Shown here: one piece after another, positions 25,701 to 37,136 of the stretch
How positions within the stretch are numbered: the first letter of the stretch is position 1
Layout: each line of letters begins with the position of its first letter
Assembly: GCA_021613535.1 (NCBI GenBank)
Contig: CP075492.1
Location: 11,098,001 to 11,162,000, forward strand
DNA length: 64,000 nt
From: Adineta vaga
Lineage: Eukaryota > Animalia > Rotifera
Reading direction: 5' to 3'
Made by a program: the position numbers and the translations under genes
Notes under the pieces: model-generated
Database searches by the model: none
Told to the model about the DNA's origin: nothing
Seen by the model: only the letters and a program-made list of their open reading frames with translations

Positions 25701-27057
25701 CGTTTGCAATGCTGTATACGAACATCGACCAGTGACTTAATAAATAGAAAAATATTTTGTTTCGTATGATATACTCATAGATGCGCAGTGATTCTTACTT
25801 AAACATTGCGGTTTATTTGACCAAACGCCATTATTACATGTATATGTTGTACCTATGTTTGGATCTAGCACATAGCCTGGCATGCATGTAAACTGTATCC
25901 ATCCTACAATAGATCATATTTTTATTTTAACAGTATCAATTATATTATGTACATACCAGTAGCAGTGGTATTGGTTGTATATGAAAGTGAAGAACTTGTA
26001 TAATATCCATTAGTTATGTTAAATGATGCATTGGGATCTACTGCACAAGGTAAACCATTAGATGTTGAAATGGTTGTCGTAGTTATAGAACCACTGCCAG
26101 TACTCAACACACAATTTGGAAATTGTGTCCATGAGCTATTACTTAAACATGTGACATTCAAACTACCACCAGTATTCACGTAGCCATTGGCACACGTGAG
26201 TACAATATACGAATCATTGAATACGACGGTAGTATCTTGTGATGCAGCCATTAAACGTTGTTGATCGGTTGTTCTAAGAGCAGTTGCAGTTGAAATAAAA
26301 GTTTGTAGAGCCGTATAAGAACAACGACCGGTCACTTGAAAATAGTTACAGAACAAATTCTTTAAAATATTGTCTTCTGCTATTTCATCATCATTTTCTT
26401 ACTTAAACATCGTGGTTTCGTTGACCAAACACCATTATTACATATATATGATCCACCAATCGTCGAATCCAATACATAACCCGAAACACATGCAAACTGA
26501 ATCGATCCTACAATTAATGATGACATATAATTATATTATGATATCTTCGATACAATTACCAGTAGCCATAGTAGAAGAAGTAAGAGAAAGTGAAGAAGTA
26601 ACATAATAACCGTTCGTGATATTGAATGCTGTTGTCATATCAACTATACAAGGCGAACCATTACCTGCAGATATAACAGTAGTCATTCCAGAACCGCTAC
26701 CACTCGTAGTTGAAATACAAGTAGGAAATGTAGACCAAGTGGTTCCAACACAAGTTATATTCAATTGTCCGCTTGCAAATGTATATCCACTATTACATTT
26801 CATCGATATGAACGAGCCCGATAAAACACTATTAACATCCATTCCATTGGTTGTTAAATTGTAACTACCATCAGTGACCATTGTGACTAAAACTGATGAA
26901 TTTTGTAAGAAAGTGTTTAAAGACGACATTGAACATTGACCTATTCAAAGTAAATTTAATAAGAAGATACATGTACGATAAGTTTTCTATTATCATAATT
27001 ACCATGACATATAGTAATTAAATTAATTAAAAATATACAAAGATGAAGCCAATACAT
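16786..27057 (-). CDS. Giant secreted Sushi/CCP-repeat protein with Thr/Ser/Gly mucin-like linkers (about 34 CCP modules)
   Basis: Signal-peptide exon MYWLHLCIFLINLITICHG; recurring CxxGY...LNVTCLxxGSWTQFPNC and FACMPGYVLD...TCNNGVWSTKPRC; ends WTQFPLCS* with no TM. 1-nt insertion at 19538. Confidence 0.9.
17356..26941 (-). repeat. Tandem array of about 16 units of ~600 bp (long exon, intron, ~105-nt exon, intron)
   Basis: Short exons recur at about 17890, 18570, 19155, 19757, 20358, 20943, 21533, 22123, 22727, 23325, 23915, 24517, 25157, 25797 and 26400; the last unit has both halves fused in one exon. Confidence 0.9.
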
Positions 27058-28004
27058 TTTTTTTTACGTCGAATAAAGACTGTCCTTTAGAAGAGAAGCA
27101 ATGTTAATGTTAGTCTATGAAAGTATGTAATTTACATGAATGACAATGAATATAAGAAAAGTACATCTTCTGCTACGTTGGCACAAGTGTTCTTAATGGC
27201 TATTCATTCTTATTCGAAAAATGCCAAAGCGTAGGCATTGAAAAGTTTTTGCTGTTGCCTAACAAACAATTAAAAATATACGCATCGTACATCGTAGATG
27301 GTGACGTACATAATGACTAAAGAATAATCCTATTTTTTTTCATCGATTTTCAATTAAAAATCCGTCACCAAGTCTATTTTATTATTGAATACTTGTTCTT
27401 AGAACAAATTAAAATATAATTTGCAAAGTATGAACAATCAATTTGATTAAAGAATAAAAACAACAAGTTACATACAAGGTTAGAAAAACAAACGCTCAAA
27501 GGCCATGCATGAAGGATGTCTTTTGATGAATGGTAATAATCATTATATGTATATGTATTTTTTTAGGTGATAGATTGAAAAATCCATTTATTCTTATGTC
27601 TAAACGTCCTTCTCGTCGATTTTGTCACCATAAGTCGGTGATTCGGAAATAAGACGACTCATACGTACAATAATATCTATGTAACAAATAGTTGAAAACT
27701 GCACGTAAGATTAGTATCTTCAAGGTAATATTCTACACAATATAATACTGTTTTGTAATAATATATATATATATATGTGTGTATACGACGAAAACGGAAT
27801 ATGAAATGCAATTACCATGAAAGGACGTCTACATTTATGTGTAAGTAAAGTAGACACGGTTTACAACATTCCTATTTTTAATCAATCACTATACAGTATT
27901 ACTAAATTGTATTTCAATACATCGAGTAAAAGTACGTTTTTAATCATTGTTTGAACGATACTCCTTTTTAGATGAATTTTATGAGCAGATAATAACATAC
28001 TGAA

Positions 28005-30248
28005 ATGCCATTACAAGATGTTTCTAATGATTCATCGATGCTTGACTGGTTACGGGAAGCCGGTCATGGACATCTAATAAATAAAACTCATCAATATTCA
28101 AATATTTCGACATCTGCTTCATTGCCAACTATTCCCCGTAATTGTAGTAGCGATGAACTCTATCATGCTTCACAAAATCGTTCAACAGCGTATGGTCAAG
28201 TCGCTAGTTTTAATAAAGAATCGTATGATGGTTATCAAAACTCTCGAGCGCATCATCATTATCTCCACCACCACCCATGATTCCCAGTGGTTACAGTAGT
28301 GCTGCAGCACCTCATCCTATTCCTTATCAAAATTCATATAATCGTTCGGCGTCTGCGGCTTCGCTTGTTAATTTTAATAATCTATCTTATGCTGGTGATC
28401 AATACAATTCAGTATCATCTTCTTCACAATTTCATGCACCACATATGAATCAATATCAAACCGATGCTGATATCGAAGTAAAGAAAAGCAAATATGTATA
28501 TTTTAATGTGAAAATAGTTTTTGTTTTGGATATCAATAGAATATGAAACATGATCCAAATACTCGTGTCATACATCGGCCACCTGCAGATGATGTTGTTT
28601 ATCGACAACGAGTAAATAATCGTTTAATTCTTCGTCTTTTCGTTATCATTGACGAAATAATTGTAGGTTTTTGTAAAATATCTACAACCTCCAACACCAC
28701 CAGTTGCTGGAGCTATTATTGTTCGAGAAAAACAATTACCTGCGCCACCTCCCGATCCACCTCTGGTAGTTAAACTGATTTTCTTCTCAAGGACAAAAAA
28801 AGAATAATAATATACTCCTGTTCAACTTTATATAGGTTATCAGACGTGCTCCACCGCCTCCTCCTACTCCACCACCAGTTGTTATACGCGAAGTTTGTCT
28901 ACAGTGATTTCATTAAACTCTGAGTAGTCTATTTAAATTATATTTCCTAGCGTCCACCACCAATTCCACCACCTGAAGGTACCACTATCATCAATAAAAT
29001 TCTTCCACCTCTACCAAAACCTCCACGTCAAGTAATCATCGAACAATATCCACAATTACCACCCAAACCACGAGATGTTATTCTAGAAAAATGGCTTCCT
29101 GTTCCACCACGACAGCGTCGTATTTTCTATGAACGTTTACCTCCTCCGATAGTCAAACCTCCACCACGACCTATTGTTATTCAACATGGTCAGCCACCAA
29201 TCCGTGTTCATCGGCAAATTCTAGCAGCACCCGGTCCACATCTTTCCTATCAACATGTCTCACCTCATACAGATTTCAGTCATGTCATATCACAAGCTGG
29301 TGTTCATCATCAATCTCATCCATTCGTAAAAGCATATGTTTTGTTTTTTTTTTGAAAATCCTCTAAAGATGGCTTTTATTCAATCCATTTAGGCATCTAA
29401 CTCATCTCTTGTTTCATACAGTCCATATTCAGCATTTGATTCACATCATAGTAGTACTACTCATCCTCACTCCAATGTAGTTGTTATGCACGATGGATAT
29501 CCGAATACAATCTCGTCATCATCTTATGGAGCGCCATTATCTTGTGTATGTTCACGAAATCCAACTATTGGATTAGGAGCCTATGGTAGTAGTATTGCAA
29601 CTATTCCAACCGTTGGTTTTCCTCCAGGACATTCATCTGTATTCAATGTGTCCGGTATGAAAATACAACTATTCTTGATTCATATCATTTTCACTGTTTA
29701 TTTCTTTAGAACATGTTCCGATCGATAGTATTCTTCATCAACTTGGTGTTAACCCACATTCAATTCATCATGCACCAGGTATTATTAGTCCAACAAGAAA
29801 TATTGTTACCTATGTAACACGTAGTTGTTGACATTTTATACTATTTATTGTTTTGCATGTTTATTTATTTAATTTACTAAATCATTTTTTTACTAAATTT
29901 CATAGATGTGCATCGATGTATGTTTCTTAAATAAAATAATCTAGATTCGTAGAAGTAGTGTTAATATACTAACTCTATCATGTCTATATGAATACTGATT
30001 TATCTTTTTTTTTCAGATCCACATAGTGCAGTTGCACACGTTTGGGATGCCGCTTCTCATGCAGTTCAACACAATTTGACTGGTCCACCATTCTCTAATT
30101 ATAATACTTTGAATAATGTTGAACATTATCCTCATCTAAACTTTCCTGGTAAAAATATCTATCATTGTCTTTTTCAAATCATTGATATCGTGTTTTCTTG
30201 TGTATATTAGGTAACGCTGAATATTCATCGAGTCATTTTGTTCATTAG
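28005..30248 (+). CDS. Proline-rich protein with alternating polyproline and short beta-strand motifs; Ser/His-rich termini
   Basis: Spliced core KYLQPPTPPVAGAIIVREKQLPAPPPDPPLVIRRAPPPPPTPPPVVIRERPPPIPP...PPRQVIIEQYPQLPPKPRDVILEKWLP. Frameshift between 28229 and 28277. Confidence 0.75.
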
Positions 30249-30349
30249 GATCAAACTTCATTAAAGGAAAACGCATATTCTTTTCCTTCACATTTAGTTT
30301 AATAATAATAAAAAGACAAAGTTTAAATATATCCTCCTAATTTCCTCTA

Positions 30350-31370
30350 TTATACACAATGTGTTCGTAGATGAATAAAATCTTGTGGTTCAGGTAAAGT
30401 CAATGGTTGGAGCATTGCCATTGAATTTGATGATGATGGTGTTTTAATCGTTTCATAATAGATTGAATCAGAATAATTTATCGAAGAAAATAAACATTGA
30501 CGAGGATAGAGTGGAGGTTCATAACAATCATTGCTTGATATGGAATATTCTTGAATATAAGGATACGCTGGTGTTGAATCATGAATGACAGGTGCAGGTG
30601 TATAACGTGATCGTGGTAAATTCGAAGACGATGACAATGATTGTAACTGTTGTTGTTGTAATGCAGATGATAATCGAGTTGTAGACTTATGATTAAAATT
30701 GGAATTGAATAGTTTATTCATACAAAATGATACCAACTGAGAAGGTTTCTTACGCACACAATAGAACAATAATGAAAGTATTGCAATGAAAAGTAGTGTA
30801 CCAATAGCGAAATAAACTGAATATCGAAAAGCATCAAAATCATTGATATAGATCAATGATTCTTTCGTTGAATTTTCCTTCAAATACATCGTTGTAGCTA
30901 AAACAAAATCCAAATGATTAAACAATCTTTCTCTCATTTATATACTAACTCTGTTTTCGAGTATAGTGTTCACACGCTCGTAAATTTTGATATGTTAAAC
31001 AAGTTACTCGACCATAGGTTGCACAAGCAATCTTACAACTGACATTATTTCCTTGTAAACACGCATAAATATCACCTTGACAATGGCCTCGAAATAAAGA
31101 AAATGAATTTAAATGAAGATTTCAAGCATCTAATTACGCATTATTCTTACAATTCTGTTCATCAGAACCATCTAAACATTGAAAAAATCCATCACATACA
31201 GATGTCCATGAAATTTGTTCGCCATTTCGACAGATAAAATATCGATTCATATCGATAAGCGAACTATTCGTAGTTGTACTAAAAGAAATAACAATAAAAA
31301 AATCTGTTCTCATTCATGCAAATAGTAAAAACGACATTTTTTAAAGTAATGTATCGTACCTAAGATTCAT
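30350..31370 (-). CDS. Single-pass membrane protein with LDL-receptor class A domain and cytoplasmic PY motif
   Basis: FICRNGEQISWTSVCDGFFQCLDGSDEQNC (LDLa), a second Cys-rich exon, TM VYFAIGTLLFIAILSLLFYCV followed by RKK, tail containing PPLY. Confidence 0.8.
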
Positions 31371-32168
31371 TATATTCGTATAAAATACTAATCACAAAAT
31401 CAATTGTCTCAAAAGAAATTAATAGTTCATTTTCCTGACTATATATGTATATATAAATGAATGTGTATGTATATATAACAAAGCCTTTTTTTTCTTCTTG
31501 TTCTCTCTCTCTCTCTTCTCCCATCATTATAAGGGAGCAAAGATATTGAGCAGTATCTGACATAAGAAGAGAAGAAAAGAAAAGAAACAACCCATTATTA
31601 TTATTATTATTATTATTATATCACAGAGGGATGGATGATTCACTCACTTTGATTCTTATGAACTAGAGATTGAAGTGAGATTGTGATTTCATAATACTAT
31701 TTTCATATGTGTTAAAACAAGTGAGCGAGCAACACGATAAGTGTCACTATGAAGAAGAAGAAGAAGACTGTTACTTCTTTTTTTATTACTTTTAAAGGAA
31801 TAAGAACAAGAGAAAGAGAAGTCATAAAAACTAGAAACAGAAATTTCTTCTCTTATTCTCATTTTTTTCATGGCTTCATTACCTAGATCAGAGTAATTTG
31901 ATTGACATGATCATCTTCGACGACAATTCAAACTAGACTTCAAATATCCGATTACTCTATGTACATGCTATATATTGATTTAATCTTTCTCTTTTATCCA
32001 TACAAGGACATCTTTCTATTCATCAATGGTCAAAAAATGGATTAAGAATATCATATATTTCTATGAGCAGTATAAATGATGATTGACTTGTATGTCAGGA
32101 AAAGCGTATGTTTCATGTAATCGATAATTATCTTGATGAATAGCGCGAAATAGTTTTCATTATTATTT

Positions 32169-33376
32169 ATGTCTGATACATTAAAACTTGAAGTACCAAT
32201 TGATAGTAATTTATTTCCTAAATCGAAATTGAAAGGAATAAGATCCATCGTTAGTTCATTTCATTTATTGAATAATGATAAAACTATTTTGAATAAATCG
32301 GATATTAATAAAGAAGATAAACCTTTGGAAAAAGAACAGATCATTGCCAATCGTTTTAGAACAATTAAATGTATAGGTACTGGTGGATTTGGTGAAGTAT
32401 GTTCGAATAATTCATTATAATATTAAAATTTTCATTGAATTTAGGTTTATTTAGCTCAAGATAAAGATCAAAATGATCGATTAATTGCTATTAAATTTGA
32501 ACGTAGAGATACTCAACGTCGTCAGTTACCGATAGAAAAATGTATTTTTGAAATTATGCATCAGAGCATTCATATTCCTAGGATGTACTATTTTGGCATT
32601 CATAATGAACATACTGTACTTGCAATGGATCTATTAGGACCATCGGTTGAAGATTTACTGACTTTTTCAGGACGAAAATTTTCTTCAAAAACAATTTGTA
32701 TGATTCTCGAGCAAGTTTTACGTGGAATTGAAGAATTACATAATCATTCATTAATTCATCGTGATTTAAAACCCGATAGTAAGTATATTCAAAGACAGTG
32801 TCTGTCTGATTAAGATTTTCCATAGATTTTCTATTTGGTCTTGGAACAAATTCACATATGATACATTTAATTGATTTTGGTCTTTGTAAAAATTATCGTC
32901 ATCCATTAACATATGAACATAATCTATATCGAACTGGTAAAACATTAACTGGCACAGCACGTTATTGTTCTTTATATACTCATCATGGCATTGAACAATC
33001 AAGACGTGATGATATTCAATGTTTATCTTACATTATGATTTACTTAGCAAAAGGTTGTTTACCTTGGATGTCAATTAAAATATCGCATCGAAAAAAACGG
33101 AATGAAAAATTAATGGAAATAAAAGAGAGTTTAACATCGAAAGAATTATGTGAAGATTTACCTGATGAATTTGAATTATTCTATAAATATTCGAGAACAT
33201 TATCTTTTACACAACGACCTGATTATGGATATTTAAGAAATTTACTTCTTGCAGTAATCAATCGTTTGAAAGAGAAATATGATTATATCTATGATTGGCA
33301 TTTAATTGTCAAAATGTTTAAAGAAAATTTAAATGCTGGAAGACCAATTTTATCAAAGAAAACTAAATTAACTTAA
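32169..33376 (+). CDS. Casein kinase 1 family Ser/Thr kinase
   Basis: IGTGGFGEV, IAIKFE, MDLLGPSVEDL, IHRDLKPD, IDFGL, LTGTARYCS, EQSRRDD, RPDYGYLR; two introns. Confidence 0.95.
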
Positions 33377-33615
33377 ACAAATGGTGAATTCAATTGTACA
33401 GCGCGACCCCTATATCGAGTGTATCTCTATGCAATATAAGTATTGGACAAGTGAATATGTGAAATAAACATATTAATAAAAAAAAGTTTTTTTTTTAAAG
33501 AAATGAAATGAAACTTATTATTTGGTTATATGCTATTTAAAATATATATTCTGGTAGAGATAAATAAAACTATTTTCTTATCAAATGGCATTCCAATCTT
33601 TCATCATAGAATGTC

Positions 33616-34344
33616 ATGAGAATAATTCGAAACATTTCGTCAATCTCATTCATTCGAATTTCTACTCGCCACGTTTCAACTAGAAAAATCATGTCAACCA
33701 ATGTTGTTTCAATTCATGAAAATGATTTAATTAATCGATGTATTGCAATTTTAAAACAAGATGGTGTTCTAGCTGTACCAACTGATACGATCTATGGTTT
33801 AGCTGCTCTAGTTAGTAGTGAAAAAGCAGTACGACGAATTTATGAAATTAAAGGTCGATTATTTACAAAGCCATTAGCAATATCTGTCGGTAATATTGAT
33901 GATTTATTTCTGTGGTCAAAACCAACATTATCGAAAGAACAATTGTCAACAGGTGATCTTCTTCCTGGTCCCGTAACATTAATGTTTGAACGACAAATTT
34001 CCTTACCATCCTATTTCAATCCAAATGTGAATAATGTTGCTATTCGTATTCCAAATTGTCAATTTATGATTGAATTAGCAAAACGATTAGGTGAACCAAT
34101 TGCATTAACAAGTGCAAATATTTCCAATGAACCAAGTTCAGTATCAATTGATGAATTTCAATTCTTATGGTCACAAATTGATCTCATTATTGATGGAGGC
34201 ATCTTAGCATCCAATGATCGACGTGGATCAACTATTGTAGATCTATCCGAAAAAGAATATTTTCATATTCAACGTCAAGGAATTGATTGTGAACGAATTG
34301 TAAAATATTTAAAAGAATTTTGTCAATTGAAAGAAAAAGAATAA
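33616..34344 (+). CDS. YRDC: Threonylcarbamoyl-AMP synthase YRDC/Sua5, intronless
   Basis: VPTDTIYGL, IKGR...KPL, LLPGPVT, IRIP, LTSANIS, GSTIVDL; Arg/Ser-rich N-terminal presequence. Confidence 0.95.
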   Translation: MRIIRNISSISFIRISTRHVSTRKIMSTNVVSIHENDLINRCIAILKQDGVLAVPTDTIYGLAALVSSEKAVRRIYEIKGRLFTKPLAISVGNIDDLFLWSKPTLSKEQLSTGDLLPGPVTLMFERQISLPSYFNPNVNNVAIRIPNCQFMIELAKRLGEPIALTSANISNEPSSVSIDEFQFLWSQIDLIIDGGILASNDRRGSTIVDLSEKEYFHIQRQGIDCERIVKYLKEFCQLKEKE

Positions 34345-34427
34345 ACGTTTGTGATTTTTTTCTGAAAAGAAGTTTGCTTCGTTTGTTTTTCTATCGAACG
34401 TAATTTCACTTCAGATTTTGTAATCAA

Positions 34428-36235
34428 ATGCTCTTATCAAAACTTGAAGATCTTGCCAATGAAACGTTTTTGGATGTATTCGATTATCTCCGTCCATTTG
34501 ATCTTATTCGTGCATTCAATCAATTGAATGAACGTTTCGAAATTCTAATTATTCAACGTCGATTCCATGTGAATTTATCGACAAATATCTCTTTCTATGA
34601 TTTTAATGAATATTGTTCGATAATTCTTCCAAATTATCGTCTATCCATTCATTCAATTTATCTTTCGAATGTAGAAACATGTGGTGCTATAAGTTTATTT
34701 TTTCGAAATTTTCCTCGATTAGAATCAATATTTCCAAATCTTCGAACGATGTCATTTATTGATCCAAATGAAAATGATTTCAATCATATTGTTGCTATCA
34801 AACAATTAAATACTATCTATGTAAAATATAATAAAATTCAACCAGCTTTACTTTTTAGTAATCCGAATTTACAAACGTAAGACAAAAAACTTCGTTTTCT
34901 TCTTTCTTCAAAGAAAAAAGACAAATTTTTCTATACATACAGATGTATTCTCTCCCACGATGATATATTATTAATACAAAAACTTCGACCCAATTCTTCA
35001 CTCAAACGATTCGTTCTCGATAGTTTTCAGATCAATGATCTTAATATACTTTTCTATTTATATCCATCACTTGAACATTTAACTATACATCGACTTGTGG
35101 TTAATTTCCAAGGTTTTCTACCACCATTCACTGAACCCATTCGAAGACTTCATACTCTTAAACTTAATTGTTTATATACAGTTCGATTTGATTATATTGC
35201 TTATTTACTTTCATTTTTTCCAAATCTTTTTCGTTTCACACTCATTGCTATTGGAATTGACTTTTTCAATGCCGAACGATGGATACAAATTTTAACATCA
35301 TTAGAACAACTTCAATATCTTGTCTTCGATTTTAAAGCTGTCTCGGAAACATTCGATGATGAATTTGCATCTGCATTTCTAACTGCATATTGGAATCGAT
35401 GGCGAATAGCTGTCGATTATTCTGAAGACAATAGAAAATATCATTTATTTACTATTCCATATCATCGTTCGTCATTCATTAGTACCATTCATTCTTCATC
35501 GATTATAGAAGCAACAAATCATACATTTGACTCAACTACACATTTGTATCTAAAATTAAATATGCCGATGCAGGTAAGACTTGAAATAACATGATTATGT
35601 AAGATTGAAATTATTTGTAGGTATGTGCAAAACGAAAATATTCGAATGTATCTGCACTACAGATTTATCAAAATACTGTAGTAACATTGGATTATTCAAA
35701 TTTATTTATGCGACTTAATTCAATGCTTGATTTTTCACAGTTAGTTCATTTCGAATTATTTATTTCATTACCTTCATCTACGTTTCTCACTCTCGTAAAA
35801 TCAATACCATGTTTACGATGCTTCAAAACTGACTACGATATTCTGATGGTACACTGTTTTTATCACTTATAGAATGAAAAACTAACACGTTATTTTCTTT
35901 AGATTCTGACGGATAATCTACAAGATGAGAATATATGTTTCGAGTTACAGAAAAAACTCGATAAATTTGTGATACGTCAAGGTGCTTTACAAATGACTGA
36001 CAAAGATCGTTTTCTTCAAATCTTTTCGAATTTAAAATACTTACAATTGAATTTATCTACTGTTTTTGAATTACGTTTACTTTTATGTACATTTTTAAAA
36101 GCGATGCACAATCTTCATACATTACATATATGGCTCATTGGTACTGATGCATCCATTGATACACTTCAATGGCAAGGTGTTATTAATAACATTAGCTATG
36201 AAATAGTAAAACGACATATTCAAATTTGGAAATAA
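34428..36235 (+). CDS. F-box/LRR protein of the bdelloid-expanded type
   Basis: N-terminal LEDLANETFLDVFDYL...DLIRAFNQLNERF F-box, followed by LxxLxL repeats; four exons. Confidence 0.8.
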
Positions 36236-36735
36236 AAATTTTCATTGAAAAATAGTTACATGTTGTCTTCTGTAGTATTTTTAAACATAAAATTAAATAA
36301 ATTATAATATAGACGATTATAGATCAAAGAAAAATTCATTACATGCTATGTTTTAAATCGAGAAAGTTCGATATGAATAATAACAAGTGTTATTTTATGT
36401 GACGTTAATTGCTTGAGTAATATTTTCTTCAATTGCTGACGTCGTATATATTAGACTCATTGGCTTGTTTACCTGCGCAATAATTAATTATATTCTCTAT
36501 GTTTCTAGTTTTTAATGTATTTGCTCAGTTTCAAGGAACATTTCGACGTAGGTAGTTTTTATATTTTGTTATTCATATTTACATCATTCATTTTCTTTAT
36601 CCTATAATGACGAAAAATCAGTCAAGTATGACAAATATGATTATGATTATAGGTATATATACATACTCGTAGGACCTTGTACTTCATTCATTTCATATTA
36701 TTCTTCGTCAAAATACATAAACTTATTAATATATA

Positions 36736-37038
36736 ATGGCTTCACTTTCGGAAGAACAACTTCGTAAAGAATTTCGTCGAGTTGATAAAGATGATGATGG
36801 TTCAATTACTATTGAAGAATTAAAAAAATATTATCTTCCAATGCAAGAAATGCTTGGTATTAATCCTCTAGTTGCTGAACAAGAAATTCAAGGTTTAGTC
36901 AAACGACTTGATAATGATAATAGTGGAACAATCAGCTTTGAAGGTAAAAAAAGATTTGAATGAGATTTATTTTTTTCATTTTATTTTATATATTGTTTTC
37001 GTGTCTTTCTAGAATTCAAAGCATTCTGTTCAAGATAG
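36736..37038 (+). CDS. Small two-EF-hand calcium-binding protein
   Basis: Loops DKDDDGSITIEE and DNDNSGTISFEE; one intron; ends EFKAFCSR*. Confidence 0.9.
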
Positions 37039-37136
37039 TTAATCAATACAATTTCATCGATGAATATATAAACTTTTTTCTTACAAATTGTTTTCAATCG
37101 ATTTATATAAAATAAAAACAAAAGCAAAGTAAAATT

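Noticed and set aside
19374-26864. Plus-strand Val-rich ORFs (VVVVVV...PLDTQLGNCVHEP)
   Set aside because: Antisense shadows of the Thr-rich CCP exons.
17356-26941. CRISPR-like or satellite interpretation of the ~600-bp repeats
   Set aside because: The units are protein-coding exons with GT-AG introns; there is no short repeat/unique spacer structure and no cas genes.
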